Source: Paraspadella gotoi (lineage: Eukaryota; Animalia; Chaetognatha). From it: a stretch of 64,000 nt of DNA. Position 1 is the stretch's first letter; each line of letters opens with the position of its first letter. The stretch lies in the NCBI GenBank assembly GCA_051294375.1, contig CM119263.1, positions 144,019 through 208,018 on the forward strand. Direction: 5' to 3'. Below, in pieces: positions 1-13,247 of the stretch. The notes beneath the pieces were generated by a model. That model did not search any database. It was not told the origin of the DNA and saw nothing but the letters and a program-made list of their open reading frames with translations. A program made the position numbers and the translations under genes.

Positions 1-279
1 TATAAAAAATATAGTTTTTTAAATTTTTGGCTAACTTAATAAAATAATTGTTGATTAAAACTTTTATTTGCTTTTATCAACTTTTTATGAGAAATTTGAA
101 TCTGCTTTCAAAAATAAGAAAACATTATTTTAAAATTTTAGAATTTTCTCTGTATAAATATGGGTGAATGCAAAAATTGAGAAATTTAAACAAAAATATT
201 TTTATATATCAATGTTCTTTAGTCCAAGACTGTTCGTTATTAACTATTCAAATTTTTATCTGCAACTTTCACTACGCCT
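1..279. mobile_element. MITE family A, diverged right end
   Basis: Ends AACTTTCACTACGCCT|ta; internal similarity to about 34590-34875. Confidence 0.7.
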
Positions 280-555
280 TAATGAACAATCAACAATAGG
301 CGAGTTATGAGCATCACATACTGACCGACCGACAGAAAGACCGACCGAAAAGAGACCGACAGAGTTTCTCCGCGAGAATTCGCAGCGCAACTAAAAATAA
401 ATATATTTTTTGCAATTAAGCCAAAAAGCTTAAAAAGAAATTTTTTAACTTCAACAGGTGGAGAAGAAAAGGTTTTAAATTCCATGGATGTCGACGGATG
501 AAGGGGGATAAAACCAACTTTTGAATTAGAGCATGAAGCGGGGAAGATGCCAGAT

Positions 556-591
<36 letters not shown>

Positions 592-1022
592 NNNNNNNNN
601 NNNNNNNNNNNNNNNNNNNNNNNNNNNNNNNNNNNNNNNNNNNNNNNNNNNNNNNNNNNNNNNNNNNNNNNNNNNNNNNNNNNNNNNNNNNNNNNNNNNN
701 NNNNNNNNNNNNNNNNNNNNNNNNNNNNNNNNNNNNNNNNNNNNNNNNNNNNNNNNNNNNNNNNNNNNNNNNNNNNNNNNNNNNNNNNNNNNNNNNNNNN
801 NNNNNNNNNNNNNNNNNNGCCTAATGGTTCTGCAGGTGAGAGCGAGAGAAGGAAAAACAAAAAATGAAAGAAAAGAAAACAAAAGCGATGAAGTTGAAAA
901 GTCAAATAAAAGCAAAATGTGAAATGAAATAAAAGCAGGAAGGAAAGTTAACAAAAGGCAAACAAAATAAATGGGGGAAAAAGGGGACATATCTCTACAA
1001 AATAAAAGCTGGTAGCAGAAAG

Positions 1023-1400
1023 AAACAAGTTTGAGCAAACAATGTCGGATCTGCCCACGATTAATTGATTAATTAACTGATTAATTAATAATTAATTTTT
1101 TCCATTTAAACTCATTTCCATCGAAACTTAATATCCAGCTCAATCACACACTTCCCTACCCACACACAAAATTTCATTCCAATCCATCCATCCAATCACG
1201 AGTAATTGGTGTTATTTGCTAAGGTGGGATGGACGGACGGACAGATGGACGGACGGACATCTTTTTTTTGCATAATTTATCATAATATGATGTTCTGACA
1301 TGATATAAGTGAATGCTCGACAAGATTGAGAGGGCGGACCGACGGACCGACAAAGTGAATTATAGAGTCGGGATCTGCTGAAAGCAGATCCGACTAAAAA
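1023..1400 (-). mobile_element. Short DINE-1/HINE-like (non-autonomous Helentron) element
   Basis: 5' subterminal hairpin GTCGGATCTGC..GCAGATCCCGAC, (GTCC)n microsatellite, 3' subTIR GCAGATCCGAC plus hairpin GTTTGCTCAAAC, T-run insertion site. Confidence 0.75.
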
Positions 1401-1601
1401 CTTTTTTAAATGGTATTTTTTAAGAAGGCATTTATATAGCCCATATAAAGTTGTCTGTACAAAGTATAATTTGATGATGAGTGGGTTAAATCAACGAAAA
1501 CCCTGAAAAATCATCATCAATGATTCATCATACCATAATTTTTATAGTTTTTGCTAATTTTAACCGATAAAAAAATTTAAATTTGGAAATCTGCAATAAT
1601 A

Positions 1602-2870
1602 TTTTTAGTCGAATCTGCTTATCAGCAGATCCCGACTCTATAATTCACTTTGTCGGTCCGTCGGTCCGCCCCCTCCAATATTGTCCGAGCACTAACTTAT
1701 ATCATGTCAGAACATCGAATTTGATAAATTATGCAAAAAAAAATGATGTCGTCTGTCTGTGTGTCCGTCCGTCGTCCGTCCGTCCACCATAGCAAAAAAC
1801 ACCAATTACTCGTGATTTGATGATGGATTGGAATGAAATTTTGTGTGTGGATAGGTAAATGTGTGATTGAGCCTGGATATGAAGTTTCGATGGAATCGTC
1901 CGAGTGGAAATGGAGTTTAATGGAAAAAAAAATATATTCACTATTTGAACACCAATTGCTCATACGAGTGGATGGGCCTGATTGACCTGGAATTTTGTAA
2001 TGTGGGAAAGTGTGTGATTGAACAGGAAATCAAGTTTTCGATGTAATAGTTTGAGTGGAAATGAGTTTAAAATGGAAAAAACAAAAACCTGTTTTAATAA
2101 TTGATTATGCTCTTTTTCCTTTTTATATTAAATGTATATGGCAGGATGTATTATAAATCAATAATTTATCAGTTATTAATCATTAGTAAATAAATTTAAT
2201 CAATAATTAATTAATTAGTCAATCAATCCGTCCATCTCGCCTCCCATCTTTAGGCAAAAAGCTCCAATAACTTGTGATTTGCTGGTTGGGTTGGATTTAA
2301 ATTTGTGTGTGGGTAGGAAAGTGTGTGATAAAGCATGGATATACAGTTTCGATGAAATCGTGTGAGTGGAAATTAAGTTTAAATGGAAAAAACATAAGTC
2401 GAATGTACTAAAAGCTTTTTACTTATTTTAACCATAAATACTGCTAATTAATCATAATTGGATGGATAGATTGAGTTGAAATTTTGTGTGTGGGGTAGAA
2501 AATGGTGTGACGGAAGCTTGATATAAAGTTTCAGTGGAAACGTACCAAGTGGAAATGAGTTTAAAATGAAAAAAATTATGAGTCACATTTACTTGAATCT
2601 TTTTATTTATTTTACCCATGATAAAGATTGAGATGAATTTTTGTGAGCCGGTAGGAAAGTGAGGAAGAAGCTAGATATAAAGTTTTGACGGAATGAAGTT
2701 GAAAAAATTATGGCAAGTTGAAAAAATGATGCAAGTTAAAAAAATCTTAAAAGCATAAGGATCCGTGCGCTATGCATAAAAAGAGAGAGAGAGAGAGACG
2801 AAAGAGAGAGTGAGAGAGAGAGAGAGAAAGGAGAGAGTGGAGAGAGAGAGAGGTGAAGAGAGAGAGAGAG

Positions 2871-2902
<32 letters not shown>

Positions 2903-3798
2903 AGGAGACATAAAATAAAAAAATCTTAAGACTCAAGATCGAGCCAGAGCCCACTATCAAAGAAATTAATGAAAAAAACCCGGGAAAAAACGAATGATCA
3001 TGCGATAACTGACGATTACTTGAATGAATAGTAATTGATTGAGGTAATACTAATTGATTGATGTAATAGTAATTTATTGATGTAATAAGGAATTGATTAT
3101 TGATTCGAATGATGATAATCAATAATTGATTGCGATGATAAGTCATTCACTGCTGTGATGAAGTGCTTCACTGATGCGATGATTGTCATTGCCATTGATG
3201 CGATGATAGTCAATATAAGCAAACAAATGCGTGTAAAAGTGAAAGAGAGAGAGGAGAGAGTACGAGAGAGAGAGAAGAGAGAAGAGAGAGAGAGAAGAGA
3301 GAGAGAAAGAAAGAGAGAGAGAAAGAAAGAAAATAAACTCCACAGAAAATCTCGGATAGAAATATGGATTTATTTGTATTGAAAAGCGCGAATAAATGGC
3401 AAAGTATAAAAGTTTTTTAGAACGGAAAAAATAAATCAGAATTTTTAAAAAAAACAAACGATCACGCAGGAGATGGACAGAGAGGGACAGACACAGACAC
3501 ACGAGAGACAGAGAGAGAGAGAAGAGAGAGAGAGAAAAGAGAGGAGAGAGAAGCCGATGCAGAGAAAAAGAGAGAAGAGAAAGAGTGATATATAATAATT
3601 AAAAAGAGAGAGAGAGAGAGAGAAGTCTACAGCCCCTTTACTCAGTTAAAGAACTTAGAGTACAGCTATGGCGCGCGGACGTAGCGTGTGCTCTTCTCTA
3701 CCGAAAGGACCCGGGTTCGCACCCTGTTCGCGGCATCGTTTTTTACATTAGTGAGCCCACCATTATATCTCAAAAATTTTTGTAAAAAAAAAAAAAAA

Positions 3799-3853
<55 letters not shown>

Positions 3854-4430
3854 AGAAAGAAGCTGGACAGACGCTGCAGAGAGAGCCGGAACTCGTTTTT
3901 AGACAAATGCAGAAGAAGCAGTGACGGAGAAAAAGAGAGAGAAGAGAGAGCGACATATATTTAAAAGAAAGAGAGAGAGAGAGAGCGACATATAATTAAA
4001 AACGTTTTTGTTTTGTAAATAAAACATAAACAAATACGAAATATTGATATGAAACATGAGAATTTAAAGATCTTGATGATTAGAAGCCATATATGAAATT
4101 TCAACTCCTATGATATCACACTTTCAGAAGCCATGATAGCAAAAAAGCGTGACCAAAAGCTTAAACCGAATCAAAATCTAGCCAGGACGGGCTTTGCCCG
4201 CCTAGCTCGATAATAGAGGATATTTGTTTGTTTTGATAAAATGTAAACAAAACATTTAATAACTGTCCTGACTCAATTTTAAGGACATCGATGATGACAA
4301 GCTGAATATAATATTATAATTAATTATTAAAATTAATTAATTAATTAATCTATTAATTAATTAATAATCTATTAATTAATTAATTAATTATCGTAGGCAG
4401 ATCCGACATTGTTTGCTCAAACTTGTTTTT
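1602..4430 (+). mobile_element. Long DINE-1/HINE-like element with internal tandem repeats and captured sequence
   Basis: Same termini as 1023-1400; about five diverged internal repeats (AATTTTGTGTGTGGGTAGGAAAGTG..GAGTGGAAATGAGTTTAAATGGAAAA); colinear with 30588-33646. Confidence 0.78.
3660..3745 (+). ncRNA. tRNA-like Pol III cassette inside the Helentron-type element (also about 6130-6213 and 32940-33019)
   Basis: A-box-like TGGCGCGCGG, B-box GGTTCGCACCC in a T-arm, and a T6 run just downstream; the acceptor stem pairs poorly, so it is not called a functional tRNA. Confidence 0.5.
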
Positions 4431-6110
4431 CCAAGCTTTACCGGAATCCCGTTTTGAAAAATATTGAAATAAAGAAACACCTTTTTTATGATTTATATGT
4501 TATTAAGTATAAATAAAATTTTAAATTTTTTAAAATTTTGTAATCTCTATTTATATATATAATTTATATCACAAAACTATTATATGTTTTTTACCTTATT
4601 TCGACTTAATGCCTATGACATAAAACACTTGGGATTAAACAAAAAAAAAAATCCTGAATTACATCCGTGCCAAGTCTATTACATCCGGGTCAGAACATTT
4701 CAGTGGTTTACATCCGGACCGAAGGATAAATCAGAGATTAAATCCGGGCAAAGAGAGTATTTTTGGGAAAAAAGATAAAGGAAATGAGAGAGAAGAAATG
4801 AAGAGAAAAAAGAGAAAGAGAAAAAGAAAGAAAAAGACAAAAAAATGAAAGAAAAGAGAAAGAAAATGAAAGAAAAGAAAGAAAATGAAAGAAAAAGAAA
4901 GAAAAAGGAAGAAAATGAAAGAAAAAAAAAGAAAAAAGAAGAAAGAAAGAAAAAAATAAAATGAAAGAAAAAAAGAAATAAAGAAGAAAAAAGAAAAAGA
5001 AAAAATTAAAGAATAAAAAAAATGCTTTCATTTTCTTTTTTTTTCTTTCATTTTCAAAAAGGAGAGAAAAGAAGATGAAGGGTGAACAGTGAGGAGAAAA
5101 AAGGGTGAAATTGTGAAAGGGTGATAAGTTGGTGAGATTGGAGTGGGCGTGTCAACGCTAGGAATCACGCGCCTTACCCTTCACTCGGACTCACGCGGCG
5201 CCAAACGACTTTCAAAGGATTTGATGCTAAACGCCTCAGACGAGACGAGGAGACGAATCAAGGTGAATCTGACTCTTTCATCTCTCTCTCTCTCTCACAT
5301 TGAGTGTGAGCTCTGGTTGCACACGGGGACAGTTGTGCGCTGTTATTCGGGGTTCGAGGATTTCTCTTTCCTCCTTTTTCCTTTTCCATTCTTTTCTTTC
5401 TTTTTTCCTGTTTCGCTCATTTTACTGCGTTTACCTGCTCCTCGTTTTTCCTTACCTTACTTCTGGTTCTTTTCTCTTAACTTTCACCACTTTTTCTGCT
5501 TTTATTGTATATATACAACTCACTTTTAGTTTTATAGTAGGGTAGCATAATTATATCGCATTTGTGAAGTCATCGTGATGACCTTAAAAAGCGATACATG
5601 ATTTTGTGGTGCGCTTTTATTATTCTCGATTGACTCGGAAAGTACATATTCGATCGAAGATACTGCTGGCGCTACCTTTTGATTTTTAACTTAATAAATG
5701 ATTGAAATTCCGACGCAGTGGCTTGTCGAAAGTACACGGCGGCAACTCAGTTTTTTAATTACCTTTCTTGTTTTCTTCTTTTTTTCATTCTCCCCATTTT
5801 TTCCTACCTTCTCCACCTCCCCCTTACCAGTTTCCGTCTATCTTTTTCCTACCAATTATCTCCACTTTTTCCTTCAGTCGTTTCCCTTTTTTTTTGTTCC
5901 CCCTCCCGACGACCTCTTGGCCTGATTAGCTTTTGTCTTTTATCTTTCCTTCTTTTACGGTTTAACTAATCGACCGCTCAGACGTCAGCGCCGCGCTTGG
6001 TAAGGTAAGGCCACTTCCTCTCCTCTTGACAGGGTAAGTCAAGGTTAGGTCTCACACATTCTCTAATATCTTATTCTCATTTGGTNNNNNNNNNNNNNNN
6101 NNNNNNNNNN

Positions 6111-6260
6111 TTTAAGGAATTATTCTAGTACTATGGCGCGCGGACGTAGCGTGTGCTCTTCTTCTCTACCGAAAGGACCCGGGTTCGCACCCTGTTTCGC
6201 GGCATCTGTTTTTTACATTAGTGAGCCCCATTATATCTCAAAAATTTTTGTAAAAAAAAA

Positions 6261-6320
<60 letters not shown>

Positions 6321-7748
6321 AGCTGGACAGACGCTGCAGAGAGAGCCGGAACTCGTTTTTAGACAAATCAGAAGAAGCAGTGACGGAGAAAAAGAGAGAG
6401 AGAGAGAGCGACATATATTTAAAAGAAAGAGAGAGAGAGAGAGCGACATATAATTAAAAACGTTTTTGTTTTGTAAATAAAACATAAACAAATACGAATA
6501 TTGATATGAAACATGAGAATTTAAAGATCTTGATGATTAGAAGCCATATATGAAATTTCAACTCCCTATGATATCACACTTTCAGAAGCCATGATAGCAA
6601 AAAAGCGTGACCAAAAGCTAAACCGAATCAAAATCTAGCCAGGACGGGCTTTGCCCGCCTAGCTCGATAATAGAGGATATTTGTTTGTTTTGATAAAATG
6701 TAAACAAAACATTTAATAACTGTCCTGACTCAATTTTAAGGACATCGATGATGACAAGCTGAATATAATTATAATTAATTATTAAAATTAATTAATTAAT
6801 TAATCTATTAATTAATTAATTAATCTATTAATTATTAATTAATTATCGTAGGCAGATCCGACATTGTTTGCTCAAACTTGTTTTTCCAAGCTTTACCGGA
6901 ATCCGTTTTGAAAAATATTGAAATAAAGAAACACCTTTTTATGATTTATATGTTATTAAGTATAAATAAAATTTTAAATTTTTTAAAATTTTGTAATCTC
7001 TATTTATATATATAATTTATATCACAAAACTATTATAGTTTTTACCTTATTTCGACTTAATGCCTATGACATAAAACACTTGGGATTAAACAAAAAAAAA
7101 AATCCTGAATTACATCCGTGCCAAGTCTATTACATCCGGGTCAGAACATTTCAGTGGTTTACATCCGGACCGAAGGATAAATCAGAGATTAAATCCGGGC
7201 AAAGAGAGTATTTTTTGGGAAAAAAGATAAAGGAAATGAGAGAGAAGAAAGAAGAGAAAAAAGAGAAAGAGAAAAAGAAAGAAAAAGAACAAAAAATGAA
7301 AGAAAAAGAAAGAAAATGAAAGAAAAAGAAAGAAAAAGAAAGAAAATGAAAGAAAAAAAAAGAAAAAGAAAGAAAAAGAAAGAAAAAAATAAAATGAAAG
7401 AAAAAAAAGAAAATGAAAGAAGAAAAAAGAAAAAGAAAAAAATTAAAAAATAAAAAGAAAATGCTTTTATTTTCTTCTTTTTCTTTCATTTTCAAAAAGG
7501 AAAAAAAAGAAAGAAATAGAAAGAAATAAAAAAGGAGAGAAAAGAAGATGAAGGGTGAAACAGTGAGGAAGAAAAAAGGGTGAAATTGTGAAAGGGTGAT
7601 AAGTTGGTGAGATTGGAGTGGGCGTGTCACGCTAGGAATCACGCGCCTTACCCTTCACTCGGACTCACGCGGCGCCAAACGACTTTCAAAGGATTTTGAT
7701 GCTAAACGCCTCAGACGAGACGAGGAGACGAATCAAAGGTGAATCTGA

Positions 7749-7760
<12 letters not shown>
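6111..7760 (+). repeat. Near-identical duplicate of about 3660-5295, following an N gap
   Basis: Differences are mostly homopolymer indels; probable haplotig or assembly overlap. Confidence 0.85.
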
Positions 7761-7822
<62 letters not shown>

Positions 7823-8473
7823 TTTCCCCTCCTACAGCATTATTTATCCTATTAATCGCTTTTTTTAGTTAATAGCCTTAATGATATTATGCAAATTTCG
7901 CCATTTTTTTCATGTTTTTTTTTTCTTTTATGAAAATTTTTCTGGTCTAAGGAGGATTTAAAAAAATCGAGAAAACGAGGAAAGAGTCTTAGTCATGAGG
8001 TGGGACTAATGTTTAATTAAAGAAATGTTTAATTAATGTTTAATGTTTAATGACTAATGTTTAATTAAAGGACAAAAGGGAATAAACGTTTTGCTTTATT
8101 CGTTGCCTAATTTATTATTTTAGTTTTGTTAACGAGAAGAAACATTTTCTTATGGCTAAAATCAATGATTTGTGGATAATGAATTTTTAGGCTCGAAACA
8201 TTTTACAATACAGTGTGCTGTACGTAACGCACACTATGCATAGGTTGTATACTGCTGTTTCCACCGACTTTAGTTAGTCGAGAGAATTATTACCAATGAG
8301 TTTTTTTTTAACGACTAAGAATTAACTTTTTTTGTTTTAATCCTTAGACCATATCCACTTTGTTATCAAAATCGATTAATTATGCAAAGCGATATTTTTT
8401 TCGAGAAACAACATTCGTTTTTATGTCTCGACATGAAAGGCCCGGCGTTAGGGGCTTAATCAAACCCTACTTT

Positions 8474-8545
<72 letters not shown>

Positions 8546-9494
8546 TTGCTCTTTTCTCTCTTTCCTATTAGTTTTCTCTGGCAACGAATTCGCTTTTGTC
8601 TCGAAGAACAACAAATTATATATGCGTTTTTATTTCGAATTCAACAAGGTTGATTCAGTACATACAGGAGCATCAAAACAAAGCATGAAGACAAACTATA
8701 AAAACCAACAACAACAACAAAAACAACAACAACAACAACTAAAAGTGACGACGACTTAAAAGAAAAGGGAGAAAATTATGAGTAAATAAAGAAGAATCGC
8801 GATGTCACTTAAGACTTCCGACTCCACGCCCACCACCTCGCTCAAAACCTCGCCCACCACCTTGCCCACCACCTCGCCCACAATCACCACGAACCCTGAC
8901 CCTCTTCTCTACCCACTCGCCCATCAGACCCTCATCATTGTGACTTCGCGGGAAATGTTTTGAATTGTATTTGGATTTTATGTTTCATATACACTTGGCT
9001 TAACATTCATGAATGTAATTTAACCTCTGTCAAAAAAGATAAAACTCCGTCAAAACAAAGTTTTTGATTTTCAAAAAGTATGAGGAAACTAAAGGTTAAT
9101 TAATGGAATCCAATTGAAGAAAGTAGAGGAAAACCGTGGGGGAAAAAAACGGGGGAGAAAAAAAAAGAAAAAGAAAGAATAAGGGATGGAGGCTTTTACT
9201 CACCATAGCCTGTGAAGAGTCAGGGGCAAGATAGCTTATTTATTAAGTAAATGGATAATTTTTATATTGGTTTTACCAATAATATAGTATAGTATATAAT
9301 ATATATATATATATAATAAAGTAAATGAAGAAAAATCAAGCAAAGAAAAGAATGAGACTTGATAAAAGTAGGGAAAGGGCAAAGGGCAAAGGGCAAAGGG
9401 CAAAGGGCAAAGGGCAACAGTTAAGGAGTCGGGGTGAATTAACACGAAACGAGGACGAAAGAGAAAAATTCAAACGGATCACCTCGGGAAGAAT

Positions 9495-9535
<41 letters not shown>

Positions 9536-10416
9536 GCCGTTGTCTTACCTCTGGCAGTGAATTCTGCTTAAGGACAATTAAAGAAAATCAATTTGGGGAA
9601 AGAAAAAAGAGAAGAGGCTCAAAGAAGAAAAAGAAAAGAAAAAGAAATTTGTAAAATTTGTAAGAAAAAAGAGGAAAGAAATAGAAAAAATAAAAGGAGG
9701 AAAAAAAAGAAAAAGGAAAATGAGGAAGAAAAAGAAAAAAGAGGAAAGAAAAAGAAAAAGGAACAAGAAAAAGAAAATGGAGTAAGAAAAAGAAAAAGGA
9801 GGAAGAAAAAGAAAAAGAGGAAAACGGAATGAAAGAAAATTGGATAACCGGTGAAGTTTGCCTCTTGGAAGGGAGATAGAGAGTTGCGGCGAGAAAGTTG
9901 GAAGTAGTGATTCTGGGTGAGGAAGAAATAAAAAGGAAATAAGAAGTGAAAAGAGGAAAGAGAAAGAGAAAAAAGGAAAGAGAAAGAGAAAAAAAGGAAA
10001 GAGAAAGAGAAAAAATAAATAGAGCCAGAAAATAGAAAAAAAAATAGAAAACGGAGCAATCTGAACTGAACTGAACTGAACTCATTAAAAATCCCATCAA
10101 TTTTTCATCTTATTTTTCATCTTATTCTTCATCTTATTTTTCATCTTATTTTTCATCTTATTCTTCCAGTTTGTTACTCCGAGTTTTAGACTCGTGATGT
10201 CGCTGAAAAGATGTTGCGATAATCGAGAATCATTCTGTTGTAGCGATTATGATGGGGGAATGAAATTGTGTCCAGGATTAAAAAGTTGAAACTGAGACAT
10301 GAGAAAGATTCCATTTTCTTGCTTCGCCTGACTTTAATTGTTTCTTTCTTTATCTACTTTTATTATTTATCGTTTCCCTTTCCTTGCGTTTTGTACTCTC
10401 TTCCGGTTAGTGTCAC

Positions 10417-10507
<91 letters not shown>

Positions 10508-10577
10508 TCCGCGTTCTCTTTATCCCTGCAACTCTAATAGTTTTAAAAAAAGAAAATATTTTGCTGTTCTCCTCTCT

Positions 10578-10622
<45 letters not shown>

Positions 10623-10691
10623 TTCCTCTCCTTTCTGCGTTTCTTCTTCTCACGCCACTCTAATAGTTTTAAAAAAGAAAATATTTTTCCT

Positions 10692-10763
<72 letters not shown>

Positions 10764-11020
10764 TCATAACTAACGCGTTCCTCCTTCCTTCATTTTTTTT
10801 TTTCACTTTTCTAAAAAAGTTTCGCGCGAATCATATTTATGATGTCAATCCTGAGAGCGAGCGACAAAATGTGGCCACATTTGAGGCGCAACAATAACAA
10901 CGCCATCTACCATCGCAGCATAAAACCTCCGAGCGTCAATCTTTACCCGCCCCCGCTTAACCGTCAACGCCACCTTTTTTTTCATCGTTCCACACGACGC
11001 CACCTTTTTAATTACAAAAC

Positions 11021-11074
<54 letters not shown>

Positions 11075-11454
11075 TTTTTTTTCTCCGTCGAGATTCAAAG
11101 AGAGGCGCTGATTTATGTCTCACCCTTTTTTTTTTCACCGCAACGACGAGACGACGACGACAACAAGACGACGACGATGGCGAACAGTCGGCGAAAACGA
11201 ACTCTTGTCGCATTTAAGTAAGTGGACAGAGATTCAACATGAAACCGAAAGTGGATTTCATTCTCAGAAAAGTCACAAGCAAAGACGTGTCCAGATTTGA
11301 GACGAATGATTCATAAAATGGTCAGATTTATACTTACAATCGGATATCGACACGGGTTTTTTCCCGATGGCATGAAGCCGTCTTCTCATTGTTCGATTAT
11401 GCCGATGATTCATCCAATCAGAGAGTCCTCGGTAGATTTCACCCGAGTCGCGTG

Positions 11455-12140
11455 ATCCGATTCCATTCTTAGTTCCGATTCCATCTGGCGATGATCTTGA
11501 TCTTGATCCGATTTTCCATTCTTGGTTTCGATTCCTATCTGCGATGATCTTGATCTTGATCTTATCCGATTCATTTTTGTTCCAGATTCCATCTGCGATG
11601 ATCTTGATCTTGATCTTGATCCCGATTCCATTCTTGGTTTCGATTTCCATCTGCGATGATCTTGATCTTGATCTTGATCCGTTCCATTCTTGGTTCTGAT
11701 TCCATCTGCGATGATCTTGATCTTGATCCGATTCCATTCTTGTTTCGATTCCATCTGCGATGATCTTGATCTTGATCTTGATCCTGATTCCATTCTTGGT
11801 TCCGATTCCATCTGCGATGATCTTGATCTTGATCTTGATCTTGACCATTCCATTCTTGGTTTCGATTCATCTGATTCTGATTGCTGATCCATTCCATTCT
11901 TGGTTCCAATTCATCTGCGATGATCTTGATCTTGATCTTGATCTTGATCCGTTTCCATTCTTGGTTTCCGATTCCACTGCGCGATGATCTTGATCTTGAT
12001 CTTGATCTTGATCCGATTCCATTCTTGTTTCGATTCCATCTGCGATGATCTTGATCTTGATCTTGATCCGATTCCATTCTTGGTTCGATTCCATCTGCGA
12101 TGATCTTGATCTTGATCTTGATCCGATTCCATTCTTGTTT
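11455..12140. repeat. Approx. 57-bp minisatellite with variable (GATCTT)n subunits
   Basis: Unit GATTCCATTCTTGGTTTCGATTCCATCTGCGATGATCTT(GATCTT)nGATCC, roughly 12 copies; open in all three minus frames. Confidence 0.92.
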
Positions 12141-12440
12141 CCCGCATGTCCTTGATCTTGTCGATCCGGTATTCCGCATATATGAATGGAGTTGAGTTAA
12201 GGGGAAAGATCGCTGATCTGAATCGAGAGGATTGCCGGTAATCTAACATGAAGGAACGACGACGACGACGACGACCCGTTACCATGACAACAACAACGAC
12301 AACAACGAACGATAGCGATGCCAGGCGCGTTTTGCGGTGAATGAATTGAAACGAGATTGGATGGAAAAAGGAAAATCACGAAGGTTCGCGTCTAACGTGG
12401 ACGAGATTTGTCAAAACCGTGAATCCAGTTGAAGAAAAAA

Positions 12441-12502
<62 letters not shown>

Positions 12503-12840
12503 AGAGAAGAGAGAGGAGAGAGAGAGGAGAGAGAGAGAAACGGAAGGCAGCGACTTTGATTAACCTGAATGAAATGAAAGAAAAGTGAAAGGATGAGATT
12601 AGAGAAAAGTGGTTTTGGTTGGAAAGAGAGGAATGGAGGGAGAAGTGAGGAGAAAGAATGATAAATAGATAGAAAAAAGAAAGAAAAAAAGAAAGATAGA
12701 AAGAAAGATAAAAGAAAAAGATAGTAAAAAAGAAAAAAAATAAAAGAAAGAGATTACGAGGCGTAAGTAAGCAATAATTCTGTGGTTGAAAGTCCACGCC
12801 AAGAATGGAAAAAGCCGGAAGGAAAAAGAGAAAGACTTGA

Positions 12841-12920
<80 letters not shown>

Positions 12921-12943
12921 GCTCTCATTTTTAACTTTCTGTA

Positions 12944-13090
12944 GTCTATTGTGCGTTGAACCTTAGGACCGCCCAAGTCAACCGGAATGACCGCCTCTTC
13001 AAAGATCTTTGTAAGACAATTAAAAAACATATTGCCGATTTGATAAAAACTGTGAATGAAGATCTTAGAAATCACACCATCACCATTCGG
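12944..13090 (+). CDS. Possible internal exon of an unidentified gene
   Basis: Acceptor TTTCTGTAG, open frame LNLRTAQVNRNDRLFKDLCKTIKKHIADLIKTVNEDLRNHTITIR, possible donor GTGAAC; repeated at about 14312-14465. Confidence 0.25.
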
Positions 13091-13169
13091 TGAACAATGA
13101 TTGTCGTGAGCCAACTCAATATTTTGATATGATGAGGCAATGAGCTGTAAGTTGATCTCCCTCTCTGTT

Positions 13170-13247
<78 letters not shown>

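Noticed and set aside
3660-3745. Bona fide tRNA gene
   Set aside because: Acceptor and anticodon stems pair poorly and the copies vary; kept only as tRNA-like.
3660-7760. Tandem segmental duplication
   Set aside because: The second copy starts at an N gap and differs mainly by homopolymer indels; more likely redundant assembly.
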